Both the position numbers and the translations under genes were made by a program. This document shows, piece after piece, positions 51,827 through 61,774 of a DNA stretch of 64,000 nucleotides. The DNA is from Cyanobacteria bacterium P01_A01_bin.123 (GTDB taxonomy: Bacteria; Cyanobacteriota; Cyanobacteriia; Phormidesmidales; Phormidesmidaceae), in NCBI GenBank assembly GCA_039815185.1, contig JBCBZT010000014.1:32001-96000 (forward strand). Direction: 5' to 3'. Numbering within the stretch: the first letter of the stretch is position 1; each line of letters begins with the position of its first letter. A model generated the notes under the pieces. The model saw only the letters and a program-made list of their open reading frames with translations. It did not search any database and was not told the DNA's origin.

Positions 51827-52357
51827 AACTCCTCAAACCTATTGGATGGTTGTGCTAAATTTGTTGGCCTTAAGTCACTTGATATGAAAGTAACTGGGTA
51901 TGAACAAGCTGACCGCTACCGGTTCTTAGGAATAAACATCTCAACTTATTGCTTGAAAATCAAACCGATTACTGAAAAATCCGATGACTTGCTTTGTTCG
52001 ACATAATGCAGCGTATTCATGCACGCTTGCCTGATTTTACAGAAACCTGACTTTGCAGAAAGCGTAACAATGCCCAAAGCAAGAGCCCTACAAGCTCTTA
52101 AGAACCTATCTTTCAATCTATCGAGGGATCTGTGGCAGTTGATACAAAAAGCGCTTGCTGATACCGATGCAGCGCTTATGTGCCGTATTTGAGCGGTTAT
52201 CTAATCACCCGGTTCAGATCCTGCCCAGTCTGTGGGACGACGAACATGACACGCCGACCGTGATCTTCAGAGATCTTAAAGATCTGTTATCGGTGAAACT
52301 TAGCCGCAGAAGAGTAGCTTGGAGGAGTGCACTTGCCCTTGACCGTATCTGGCAGGT

Positions 52358-53758
52358 ATGAACGTAATGTCAACTTATTACCAACCACCAAGAACCCCAA
52401 TGTTGTCAGCTGTTGAGTCCAAATCAGATATAGATAATCAGAAGGTATATTTTCGCTGCATCGCGGGCTGCCCTGGTCAGCACTCAATATATGACGTGAT
52501 TTACACTTGCCCATTATGTGGCAGCCTACTGGAAGTACATCATGAACGTGAACCGCTAAAAAAATACGATGCGTCCCAATGGAAACAACTGTTCGACTCG
52601 CGAGCTAGCACAACGACATGGCCCTACGGTAGCGGCGTATGGGGCATGCGTGAGTGGGTGATTCCTTCATTGGCTGACAAAAATGTAGTCAGCATGTTCG
52701 AAGGCAACTCGAACTTGTTTTGGGCCGAAAGATTAGGGAAGCAACTCGGCGTCCCTGACTTGTGGATCAAACTCTGCGGCAATAGCCACACCGGCAGCTT
52801 TAAAGATCTCGGCATGACCGTGCTGGTCAGTGTGGTTAAACAAATGATGGCCCAAGGCAGTCCTGTCAAAGCAGTTGCCTGCGCCAGCACCGGCGACACC
52901 AGCGCCGCATTGGCGGCTTATGCGGCCTATGCTGGAATCCCGGCAGTTATCTTCTTGCCCGCAGGTAAAGTCAGCACTGCGCAACTGATTCAACCCGTCG
53001 CCAATGGTGCGCATGTGCTCGCGCTCGACACCGACTTCGACGGATGCATGAAAATTGTTAAAGAAGTCACACAAGACAATTCGATCTACCTTGCTAATTC
53101 GATGAACAGTCTGCGCATCGAAGGCCAAAAGACGGTCGGCATCGAAATCGTTCGGCAGTTTGATTGGCAAGTGCCTGACTGGATTGTGATTCCGGTTGGC
53201 AATCTTGGCAATATCAGTGCGCTCCACAAAGGATTCCAATTGATGATGGACCTCGGGTTGATCACTCGAATGCCGAGGTTAGTCGCGGCTCAAGCGGCCA
53301 AGGCCAATCCCTTTTATGAATCATTCAAAATCGAGTTCAAAGAAAAAGTTACGGCCATAGCACAAGACACGTTGGCCAGCGCCATCAGGATTGGCGACCC
53401 GGTCAGCTACGCGAAGGCAGTCAAAGCGATCGTGGAAACGGATGGCCTGGTTGAACAGGCCACCGAAAACGAATTGGCTGCTGCTGCTGCTCAAGCTGAC
53501 TTGACCGGCATGTTCACCTGCCCACACACCGGTGTCGCGCTGGCCGTGCTAACTAAACTGATTAAGCGTGGTGTGATTAAATCCAGTGACAAGACGGTGG
53601 TGATCAGCACGGCCCATGGTTTGAAATTCACCGACTTTAAAGTCGGGTACCACGAATCGACACTGGAAGACGTGACCAGCCAATACGCTAACCCCGCTGT
53701 TCACTTGGCAGCCAACGTGGATGCTGTGAAAGCTGAAATCGAAAGACGGCTTAGTTAA
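52358..53758 (+). CDS. thrC: Threonine synthase (plant/cyanobacterial long type)
   Basis: [11 protein letters not shown] (PLP lysine), [47 protein letters not shown]. Confidence 0.95.
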   Translation: MNVMSTYYQPPRTPMLSAVESKSDIDNQKVYFRCIAGCPGQHSIYDVIYTCPLCGSLLEVHHEREPLKKYDASQWKQLFDSRASTTTWPYGSGVWGMREWVIPSLADKNVVSMFEGNSNLFWAERLGKQLGVPDLWIKLCGNSHTGSFKDLGMTVLVSVVKQMMAQGSPVKAVACASTGDTSAALAAYAAYAGIPAVIFLPAGKVSTAQLIQPVANGAHVLALDTDFDGCMKIVKEVTQDNSIYLANSMNSLRIEGQKTVGIEIVRQFDWQVPDWIVIPVGNLGNISALHKGFQLMMDLGLITRMPRLVAAQAAKANPFYESFKIEFKEKVTAIAQDTLASAIRIGDPVSYAKAVKAIVETDGLVEQATENELAAAAAQADLTGMFTCPHTGVALAVLTKLIKRGVIKSSDKTVVISTAHGLKFTDFKVGYHESTLEDVTSQYANPAVHLAANVDAVKAEIERRLS

Positions 53759-53784
53759 GCGATCTAAGCCCGCTGAGCTGTTGG

Positions 53785-54642
53785 CTAATTCGCAAAGTCC
53801 TGGGGCCCGGTATATCCTGAGAGGGCAGCTAGATTTTGCAGCGTTTGCACCCCGCTATAGAGTTCTCCATTAATTTCCCAGGTGGGATAGCCGCTTACCC
53901 CCGCAGCCTCACAAGTACCAGGTTGCGGGTCAACACCTTCAGCATCGCATTCCACATAGGTGAGGAACTTATAGGCTTCCTGGCCAAACAGAGCTTGCTG
54001 GGCTTCGCAATGGGGACACCACCAGGCACCATATTTTTTCGCGCCGATATCGGTTAGGTGTTGGGCTAGGGCGATTTCGGATGGGCCAGAATGAGTCTCA
54101 ACCACAGGTGGCGGATTGCCTGCATTAAAGCTGTCAGGATTTTGAGCATAAGCGTACAACCCGGTGGTGGCAATTAGCGCCACGACTGCGACAGAGAGAC
54201 CTGGTAAAATCAATTGCCCAAAACTTTCCCAGCGATTACCCACCAGCGTCAGTATCCATAAGCCTAAGCTGAGAATGGCTGAGAGCAGGCATGGCAGACA
54301 AGGCTCTTGCACAATCCCAAACATGACGTAGAGCAGATAACCGCTGAAGACGGTCATAGCAGTGCCGCCAACGAACAATCCCAGCCAAGTCGGCCCCTCC
54401 AGAGACTTGGCTTTAGTGATAGTCGGTGCGATCGCGAAAGCCCCCATCAACCCGTAGGCGATCGCACCCAATAGCGGTAATGAAATTCCCCCCAGTTGCG
54501 CATAGGCACTCGTATTTAGGGGGCTATCGCCTTTAGCCAAGCAGCCGATCGAGAGGAGTAGACCGGCAGCGGCAACCCCGGCAATTAAGTAGCGAGAATA
54601 ACGGTGTATCCAAGTGGTGGGTTGCTTTCGTCTACGTGCCAT
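53785..54642 (-). CDS. VKOR-thioredoxin fusion (SynDsbAB/LTO1-like)
   Basis: RRRKQPTTWIHRYSR N-terminus, TM CLPC, Trx-like domain YGAWWCPHC..YVEC..C..GYPTW. Confidence 0.9.
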   Translation of the reverse strand: MARRRKQPTTWIHRYSRYLIAGVAAAGLLLSIGCLAKGDSPLNTSAYAQLGGISLPLLGAIAYGLMGAFAIAPTITKAKSLEGPTWLGLFVGGTAMTVFSGYLLYVMFGIVQEPCLPCLLSAILSLGLWILTLVGNRWESFGQLILPGLSVAVVALIATTGLYAYAQNPDSFNAGNPPPVVETHSGPSEIALAQHLTDIGAKKYGAWWCPHCEAQQALFGQEAYKFLTYVECDAEGVDPQPGTCEAAGVSGYPTWEINGELYSGVQTLQNLAALSGYTGPQDFAN

Positions 54643-54671
54643 ATGGTTAAATCCTTCAAGATAATAGTGGA

Positions 54672-55595
54672 TTAAATCTGATCTATTTCCAGGGCCAGAG
54701 CCTGCAAATCTGCGGGGGGCAGGTTTGCGACGACGGCATAGAGGTAATCCTCGTCGCGCCAGAGCACAATGCCCGTGCCGTCCGGTTGGTAAAGGGTGAT
54801 GTAAGTCAGCTGAAATTGCGAGAACTGCCGGAGCTGCGGAAACTGGTTATCGTCTAAGTCAAGTTGATAGGCTGAGACCGTTTGATTCGCGCTCAACTGA
54901 TAAGTCAGCCGTAATCCATTGGTTTTCCCGATTTGGCAGTTGCTCCCCCCCAATAGCTCCCCCTGATCGCCAGGGAGTAGGGGTAATGCCGCCACAGTAG
55001 TTTGAAAGCTCCGTAACTGCCGGGGGATTTCATCCGGTTGGTGCGCGACAAAATCTACTGGGCCATTGGGGTTAGCGAGGGATTTTTGGTGGTCTTGCAA
55101 AAGCCAACTCAGCGCTGATTCGGTTTGCTCAACCGCAGTTTCCGTTGGGGAAATCGTTATAGCGGGCCCAATGGGTTGAGTGTTGGGGAATTGAGTTTGG
55201 AGTTGTGCATTGAGGGTGCGAACCTGCCCAGTTAGAGTCAGGGTACTAAGGCCAAAGGCGATCGCCAGCCCAGCAGCTATACTGCTGATCAACCAGGGCA
55301 AGCGGGGCTTAAATCGAGGGGTTCGGATGGGGACCGGGACAATTTTTGACTGCTGGGTTAATTCGGTTTGGGCAACGGTCAAAATCTGCGATCGCAGCTG
55401 TGTCTCCGGCTTTTCTTCGGGTAAGCCATAGGGCATCATGGCCAAGGCTTCCTGTAACGCAGAGACCTCTGCCCTAAGTGCTGGGATCTCCGCCAGATAT
55501 TTTTGGAACTGCTCTGCTTCTTCAGAGCTGAGATCCCCTAGTACGTAGCCTGCCGCTAATTCTTTGATTTCCTGGGGCGTCAGCGGTGTGGTCAT
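54672..55595 (-). CDS. Membrane-anchored anti-sigma factor (RskA-like N-terminus)
   Basis: ELAAGYVLGDLSSEE..., single TM; overlaps the ECF sigma stop by 4 nt. Confidence 0.85.
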   Translation of the reverse strand: MTTPLTPQEIKELAAGYVLGDLSSEEAEQFQKYLAEIPALRAEVSALQEALAMMPYGLPEEKPETQLRSQILTVAQTELTQQSKIVPVPIRTPRFKPRLPWLISSIAAGLAIAFGLSTLTLTGQVRTLNAQLQTQFPNTQPIGPAITISPTETAVEQTESALSWLLQDHQKSLANPNGPVDFVAHQPDEIPRQLRSFQTTVAALPLLPGDQGELLGGSNCQIGKTNGLRLTYQLSANQTVSAYQLDLDDNQFPQLRQFSQFQLTYITLYQPDGTGIVLWRDEDYLYAVVANLPPADLQALALEIDQI

Positions 55596-56191
55596 AGGGC
55601 TTCCTCCCCGAGCACGTCTTGTAACTGCTTTCGCAGTTGTAATAAGCCCCGTCTGGCCCAGCTTTTCACTGTACCCAAAGGGAGGTTCAACTGTTCGGCA
55701 ATATCCCGTTGGGATTGGCCCTCGTAGTAGCTCAGTTCGAGCACTTCTCGCTGATCTGCTTTCAAGGTAGCCAATGCCTTACGGACGAGGGCCCGATGTT
55801 CTTGCTGGGTAATCTGATTCATGGGGATAATCGAATCGATGGGCGACCGAGTATGTTGCCATTGGTTCAAGTACTTTTGCTGGGTAGATTGCGATCGCAA
55901 TCGATCAATCGCTCTAGAGCGCGTCAAGGTCGTCAGGTAGCTAACCAGAGAACCTCGATGCGGGTCGTAAGATTGTGTCCGCACTAAGATCAGAAACACC
56001 TCTTGGGTTAAATCCTCTGCTTCAGCGGCGTGACGCAGTACTTTCAGAGCAGTGCTGTAGACCAAACTGGCATAGCGATCATAGAGAACCCCTAGAGCAG
56101 GCAGTTCCCCTGCCCAAAGTCGACGCATGAGCGCAATGTCGGATTCACGCTCAAGCATCGGTTGATGCGCATAGGCCCCGGTCTGAGTCAC
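55592..56191 (-). CDS. ECF sigma factor (SigK-like)
   Basis: LYDRYASLVYS, AEDLTQEVF, RSRAIDRLR, LSYYEGQSQRDIA..PLGTVKS. Confidence 0.93.
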   Translation of the reverse strand: MTQTGAYAHQPMLERESDIALMRRLWAGELPALGVLYDRYASLVYSTALKVLRHAAEAEDLTQEVFLILVRTQSYDPHRGSLVSYLTTLTRSRAIDRLRSQSTQQKYLNQWQHTRSPIDSIIPMNQITQQEHRALVRKALATLKADQREVLELSYYEGQSQRDIAEQLNLPLGTVKSWARRGLLQLRKQLQDVLGEEAL

Positions 56192-56223
56192 AACCCCCCT
56201 TATCTTTGATGTCCTATTAGTTA

Positions 56224-56250
56224 TACGGCTACGGATGAGAAGTGGATGCA
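56224..56250 (-). promoter_or_regulatory. Putative autoregulatory ECF promoter TGCATCC-N16-CGTA
   Basis: Minus strand TGCATCC-acttctcatccgtagc-CGTA, 33 nt upstream of the ECF start. Confidence 0.65.
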
Positions 56251-56334
56251 GCCAGGAATAATTCCGGTACTTGATGGACTACTGCTGTGAAGATAGCGCC
56301 TGTAAGTCCTGTGATTGGGTGTTTGTGGAGGGCT

Positions 56335-56373
56335 CGTGATTTGAGTCACGTCTAACAGTTGATGACAATCACA
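56335..56373. promoter_or_regulatory. Two tandem CRP-like boxes
   Basis: CGTGA-tttgag-TCACG (56335-56350) and GTTGA-tgacaa-TCACA (56358-56373). Confidence 0.45.
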
Positions 56374-56452
56374 CGGAGATCGGAGGGCTATCACCAGGCG
56401 GTTATGGCAGTCATTAGATACTAATTTTGTCGCAACTGAATAACACTGAATT

Positions 56453-57028
56453 ATGTCTCTGCCCCTACCTACCGTCCTCCAGTCTTGCCGTCGTGTCTTA
56501 GGCCAGCTTCAGCGTCCGGTATTGAGTTTCACTTTGAGCTTGGGGTTAGCAACTGCCGGATGGCTAAGTGGCCCTGTGACAATGGAAGCTTTGGCAGAGT
56601 CAGAGCCCAGCCAATCAATTCAGTCCGAAGTGGTGCAGACTCAGCCTTTGCAAACTTCATTAGCAGATGGCATTTACTTCTACGGTCAGGTTCCCCAAAC
56701 AGGGCAATTTGGGGTTGAATACGTTGTTTTCCAAGTTGTTGATCAGCAGGCTATTGGTGCATTCTTTATGCCTTCGTCTTCCTATGATTGCTTCCACGGT
56801 GAAATCACCCCAGACCGGATGGATTTAACGGTCATCGGTAGCTACGATCAGACGCCCTCTAACTATGCGATCGCCTTGAGCCCTGCAATGACCCTGACAG
56901 CAGCAGCAGGTGAAACAGCAGTACCGCTCAGTCTCGCAGGCTATCATCCGATCGATACTGTTAGTGCTGCAGAGCAAGAATTGCTAGCGACCTGCGTTGT
57001 CGATTTACAGCCTGAGCTGGCGCTTTAG
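56453..57028 (+). CDS. Secreted hypothetical protein
   Basis: Signal-like N-terminus; LADGIYFYGQ..GAFFMPSSSYDCFHG..LATC. Confidence 0.72.
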   Translation: MSLPLPTVLQSCRRVLGQLQRPVLSFTLSLGLATAGWLSGPVTMEALAESEPSQSIQSEVVQTQPLQTSLADGIYFYGQVPQTGQFGVEYVVFQVVDQQAIGAFFMPSSSYDCFHGEITPDRMDLTVIGSYDQTPSNYAIALSPAMTLTAAAGETAVPLSLAGYHPIDTVSAAEQELLATCVVDLQPELAL

Positions 57029-57154
57029 GGTGCAGGTTTGCATCGGGCAGGGAGTCGTTAGAATGAGCCTCCGGCCTAGGTAAATGAGCATTTATAGCGA
57101 AATTTCGGTAAGCTAGTCAGGGAAAAGTTCAGCCAGTGAGTCTTTGTTGTGGAT

Positions 57155-57346
57155 ATGATTCTGCCCGGTTCTCCCGTTCGTGTGACGAACTTAGACGATA
57201 CCTATTACGGATTTCAAGGTCAGGTGCAGCGCATTAGCGATGGCAAAGTTGCGGTGTTATTTGAAGGCGGCAACTGGGATAAGCTGGTCACCTTCAACTT
57301 GTCAGAGCTTTCTCTAGTCGATAATCGCAAAGGCCGAAAGAAGTAG
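57155..57346 (+). CDS. ndhS: NAD(P)H dehydrogenase (NDH-1) subunit S
   Basis: [41 protein letters not shown]. Confidence 0.95.
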   Translation: MILPGSPVRVTNLDDTYYGFQGQVQRISDGKVAVLFEGGNWDKLVTFNLSELSLVDNRKGRKK

Positions 57347-57358
57347 GGACTCATCACC

Positions 57359-58009
57359 ATGCGCCTACCGCTCCCCCAATTTTCGACCCAAGCCTTAGGC
57401 CAAGATCACATCGCTGAAGTCGTTGAGACGTCGACCACCGAATTTTTGGCCCAATGTCTTGATCCTGATGCGTTGGCTTTCCCTGAGATGCCGCCCTTTG
57501 GGAGTTGGGTGACTGCCATCGATGAAGACACGAGCAACCAAATTTATGCGGTGGTTTACCATGCCACAACTAGCCCTATCGACTCAGTCCATCGGGCCCG
57601 AGCCCTGGGGTTATCCCTAGCAGATCTGCGGGAACAACAGCCCCAGATTTTTGCCATGCTTAAGACCGAATTTCGAGCCGCTATCGTGGGTTATGAGGTT
57701 AGCGGTTCTGGGGGGACGGGAACGATTTATCAGCATCTACCACCGCGCCCCCCCCAAGTTCATCAGGCAGTGTATCGCTGTTCTCCAAAAGCTGTATTGC
57801 GTTTTAGTGAGCGACTTGATTTTTTGCGCACGCTCTTGGATGTACCCGGTGCTCCTGTAGATAGCTTAGCGGCGGCAGCGATTCGTCATATTTATCAGCT
57901 CCGTAAAGCCGATCGGGCCTGGTTGGTACAGGCGGGGCGATCGCTGAGTGTGGTGCTTAAAGACGATTACGATCGGCTGCAAATTATTTTGAGCCAAATT
58001 CATATATGA
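57359..58009 (+). CDS. HAS-barrel domain protein
   Basis: HIAEVVETSTTEFLAQC..PPFGSWV..QPQIFAMLKTEF..LPPRPPQVH. Confidence 0.75.
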   Translation: MRLPLPQFSTQALGQDHIAEVVETSTTEFLAQCLDPDALAFPEMPPFGSWVTAIDEDTSNQIYAVVYHATTSPIDSVHRARALGLSLADLREQQPQIFAMLKTEFRAAIVGYEVSGSGGTGTIYQHLPPRPPQVHQAVYRCSPKAVLRFSERLDFLRTLLDVPGAPVDSLAAAAIRHIYQLRKADRAWLVQAGRSLSVVLKDDYDRLQIILSQIHI

Positions 58010-59184
58010 AAACCTATGACTGGATTGTGGTCGGCAATGGTCTGGCTGGGGCAGCTGTAGGGTATGAATTGACACATCTGGGGCATGATGTGCTGGTACT
58101 GGAGCAGTCAGAACAGTCCAACAGTGCAACCCGCTATAGCTATGGTGGCGTGCCCTATTGGGCAGGCACCACGGAGATTACGCGACAGCTAGCGGCTGAG
58201 GGCATTGAACGCCACCGGAACCTGTCAGAGGAGCTGGGCAAGTCGACTGAATTTCGCGAACTGGACTTGTTGATGCCCATTGATGTTGGGATTGATCCGG
58301 TTGCGATCGCCCAAGACTACCAAAAGTTTGCCATTCCACCACAATTAATCAGTGTTGCCGAAGCCTGTGAGATAGAACCGCAACTCAATGCCGACGTGAT
58401 TGCCGGGGCATTAATCGTCGGCCATGGGCACGTGAATCCAATGGCTGTGGTGCAGGCCTATAACCACGCTATGGTGCAGCAGGGGGGTGAACTCAAGATT
58501 GCGCCCGTGACCGGGCTGGTGCGGATTGGCGATCGCGTCACTGGGGTTACGACGCTTACCCAAGCCTACGCAGCCGCGAATGTGATCATAGCTGCCGGTG
58601 CTTACAGCCGCCAGATGATGCAGGCCACTGGGTTGCCGATTAAGCTTTACTTTACCCAAGCTGAAATGGTGCGTACGCCCCCGGTTGACTTTCACCTGCG
58701 ATCGCTGGTGATGCCTGCCGATCTCAAGCGGTTTGACCTAGAAGATCAGGCCAGCAGCATTGAGATGGACAATTGCTGGGACGCTCCTAATGCAGCGCAA
58801 GATATTTTGCCCCCAATTCTTGATGCGGGGGCAATTCAGCTTAAAGACGGCTCCCTCTGTATGGGGCAAATCAGCCGGGTGCGGCCAAGTTTGCATAGCG
58901 ACGTCGATGCGGCCCAAAGTGAAGCCCAAATTCGCGCTATCAACGAAGCATGGATGCCGATTCTCAAGGGGATTCCTGGTACCTGGCATGCCTGCCCGGT
59001 GAGCTTTAGCCGCGATAAGCTGCCCTTAGTTGGGCCGATACCCAAGGTTACTGGCGTACATCTATTCACTGGATTTAGCAGCCCATTCTCCCTCCTGCCG
59101 CCGATTGCAGCCCGGTTTGCGCGCTGGGTTGACGGTGCAGAAGATGAGATGATTCCCCAGATGCGGCCCGACCGCTTTGCTTAG
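58006..59184 (+). CDS. FAD-dependent oxidoreductase (DAO/glycine oxidase family)
   Basis: YDWIVVGNGLAGAA, IIAAGAYS, DKLPLVG. Confidence 0.88.
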   Translation: MKTYDWIVVGNGLAGAAVGYELTHLGHDVLVLEQSEQSNSATRYSYGGVPYWAGTTEITRQLAAEGIERHRNLSEELGKSTEFRELDLLMPIDVGIDPVAIAQDYQKFAIPPQLISVAEACEIEPQLNADVIAGALIVGHGHVNPMAVVQAYNHAMVQQGGELKIAPVTGLVRIGDRVTGVTTLTQAYAAANVIIAAGAYSRQMMQATGLPIKLYFTQAEMVRTPPVDFHLRSLVMPADLKRFDLEDQASSIEMDNCWDAPNAAQDILPPILDAGAIQLKDGSLCMGQISRVRPSLHSDVDAAQSEAQIRAINEAWMPILKGIPGTWHACPVSFSRDKLPLVGPIPKVTGVHLFTGFSSPFSLLPPIAARFARWVDGAEDEMIPQMRPDRFA

Positions 59185-59313
59185 GGCGTGTCATCAATTC
59201 AACGCGAAAAGCCTTATGGCTGAGCCTTGCCACGCCCGACCCAACTCAACGAGCTAGGGGCGATAGCTGTTTTTCTAAAAGCAATGGACAATCTAATTGA
59301 CGGCAGCCCCTAG
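59181..59313. mobile_element. MITE copy 2
   Basis: TTAG-GGCGTGTCATCAATT...AATTGACGGCAGCCC-CTAG; the first ~70 nt differ from copy 1 at only two positions. Confidence 0.88.
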
Positions 59314-59566
59314 ACTTTACCGACAATGACCGGGTCAGCTTATGGAATGATTAATTGACTCTAATCTATGGATTGTTGAATAAGACTTTATTTTTATCAA
59401 GGGTGAATGATAGGCTGACATTACAGTCTTGGTGTGATGGCATTGTTATTGGGCTGTAGCAACTGTTGGGGGTCTTTACGGTTTAAGATTTTCTAAAGTA
59501 TTCTCCACTGCGCGATCCCCTATCGATCTAAGGGTCTTCCTTTATTGACGCACGTTAGGTATTTCT

Positions 59567-61774
59567 ATGACCGCTGTAACTCCTAAACCCACCATTCCCG
59601 CGTTTTGCGAAGGCATTCAGTACTTTGGCGAAGCGCCACCCAATTTTGAGCGCTACGGCACTTCCCCTGTAATTGCGTCAGGACAGGCTGCGATCGCCTC
59701 TCCCAGTCATCCCGCTGCGGTTTATCAAACCCTGTTGGCCGCCGATGCCCTCCGTTATCTAACGCTACAAACGACGGCAACCAAGGCATCGGGGCATCCG
59801 GGTGGGTTCGCTAGCATTGCCGACGCGATCGCGTCCTTGGTGATGCTAGGCCACAAAAATCTGATTACTGAAGTCGGTCACCATGCCCCTGGGTTTTACA
59901 GCACGGTCTTTCTCGATCGCTCCCTAGAGGCGATGGGCATTGAAACCGTACAGCAGCTTGGTGAACGGTTTCGCGAAACCCACGGTTTGTTGGGTCACCT
60001 TTCCGGTCAAATTCCGGGCTTGCTCAACCCTGCAGGCCCTCTAGGGCAGGGGCAACACTTTGCCATGGCGGGGGCCCGCCTCCATCCTGGTATCCTCTTC
60101 CCCGTCACCATTGGTGATGGGGGTTTGGGGGAACCCTACATCATGAGTAGCTTTGGCCACTTTCACACGGCCTACCCTGGTGTAACCAACTTCCTGCCGA
60201 TACTGGTATGGAACGGCTACTCCCAAGAGCACCACAGTATGGTTTCCACTCAGTCCAATGAAGATATGGTGGCGTACTGGCGGGGTAATGGCTTTGAAAA
60301 AGTCATTTTGGTGGATGCTAAAGCTTTCGATGATGCCGGCCAACCCGGTGATTATGTGGACAGCACGGCGTTTTCGTTCCAGCAGCGACTTGCCTTTACC
60401 CAAGCTGTGCTAGAAGCGACTGACCGCGCTGCCCAAGCAGCCCTCGACGGCACCCTCACCGTGCTGATTGTCAAACAGCTTAAGGGCGCTGGAGTGCACA
60501 AACGGGGAGCCCAATCCCACAACCTTTACCCGGGTGACACGCTGGAAAAAGACTATATTGTGTCCGCCCTCCAGGCGCGATCGCTGCCTGCGGCTGCCTG
60601 GCAAACCGTACGCACCAATTTTGAACGAGCTAACGGCGGCCCTTCCTCCAGTACAGCCGTTACCGAATCTGAATATGCCATCCCTGACTTGGGCGCTATT
60701 CCCCTCAATGAATTTCCGGTTGGGGGTGACAAACAGATCGCAACCACTGCGATGGGTCATCTAGTGGCTTATGTCGGGCAACAAGATCCACAATTTGTTG
60801 TGGCGAATGCCGATGGTAACGCCGCCTCCGGTATCAACAACATCAACGTTGCACTCAAAATTATCCACCCCACTGCTGATACGACCTACTATCAGCAGCC
60901 CCAAGGCCAAGTCTATGAACCCTTGAGCGAAGATGCCTGTGCTGGGTTCGCGGCTGGCGCTGCTCTGTTCGGTGCCCGCACCCTATGGTGTTCCTACGAG
61001 TCTTTTGCCATCAATGGATTACCCATTTGGCAAACCGTGACTCAGGCGATGGCTGAGCTGCGTCGCCCGACTCCGTCCACCATTACCCTGTTCACAGCGG
61101 GGGCGCTAGAACAAGGTCGTAACGGCTGGACCCACCAACGCCCAGAAATTGAAAATTACTTTGCGGGGATGATGCGCAACGGCAATGTATTTCCCCTCTT
61201 CCCGACTGACGCCAACGGGATTCAAGCCTGCTATGAGTGGGCATTGACAACGAAAAACAAAGGCATCACGATCACTGCTAGTAAGTCGCCGTTACCTATT
61301 CGCACAACTTTGGATCAAACCCGGCAGGCACTGGAAAAAGGGGCGATCGTCCTAGAATCTACCCCTGGCGATAAAACCGTCGTTTTTGCCGTGATTGGTG
61401 ACATGACGCTGCTGCCTGTCTACGAAGCCGCCACCCAGTTGGCAACCCAGGGCATTGGTTCTCGCATTGTGAGCGTGGTCAATCCGCGACGGCTCTATCG
61501 CCCTACCGACGTCGCCTGGGAGAGCTGTTCCCAAGCCGATGGCGACTTTCTCAGCGATGCCGACTTCGGAGAGCTTTTTGCGGGTGATATCTTGCTAGGC
61601 ATTACAGGGGGTACCAGTGCAACTCTAGAACCCGTGATGTTGCGCTCTACCTTACCCAGAGATGTATTTGCTTGGAAACGCGGTGAAACGACTGCGAGCG
61701 CAGCAAAACTGATGGCTTTAAACGGCATCACCGCCGAGAATTTCGTCAGCCGTGCTCAGCAACTTTTGGCGTAA
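59567..61774 (+). CDS. Phosphoketolase/transketolase-like TPP enzyme
   Basis: SGHPGG, GHHAPG, GPLGQG, TPP motif GDGGLGE..N, EPLSEDAC, SYESF, NGWTHQRP. Confidence 0.88.
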   Translation: MTAVTPKPTIPAFCEGIQYFGEAPPNFERYGTSPVIASGQAAIASPSHPAAVYQTLLAADALRYLTLQTTATKASGHPGGFASIADAIASLVMLGHKNLITEVGHHAPGFYSTVFLDRSLEAMGIETVQQLGERFRETHGLLGHLSGQIPGLLNPAGPLGQGQHFAMAGARLHPGILFPVTIGDGGLGEPYIMSSFGHFHTAYPGVTNFLPILVWNGYSQEHHSMVSTQSNEDMVAYWRGNGFEKVILVDAKAFDDAGQPGDYVDSTAFSFQQRLAFTQAVLEATDRAAQAALDGTLTVLIVKQLKGAGVHKRGAQSHNLYPGDTLEKDYIVSALQARSLPAAAWQTVRTNFERANGGPSSSTAVTESEYAIPDLGAIPLNEFPVGGDKQIATTAMGHLVAYVGQQDPQFVVANADGNAASGINNINVALKIIHPTADTTYYQQPQGQVYEPLSEDACAGFAAGAALFGARTLWCSYESFAINGLPIWQTVTQAMAELRRPTPSTITLFTAGALEQGRNGWTHQRPEIENYFAGMMRNGNVFPLFPTDANGIQACYEWALTTKNKGITITASKSPLPIRTTLDQTRQALEKGAIVLESTPGDKTVVFAVIGDMTLLPVYEAATQLATQGIGSRIVSVVNPRRLYRPTDVAWESCSQADGDFLSDADFGELFAGDILLGITGGTSATLEPVMLRSTLPRDVFAWKRGETTASAAKLMALNGITAENFVSRAQQLLA

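Noticed and set aside
52209..52225. GGTTCAGATCC resembles a tRNA T-arm
   Set aside because: No cloverleaf, D-arm or anticodon arm can be built around it.
51830..52357. Lysine or SAM riboswitch between nhaC and thrC
   Set aside because: I could not identify the conserved core motifs on either strand; kept only as an unclassified structured leader.
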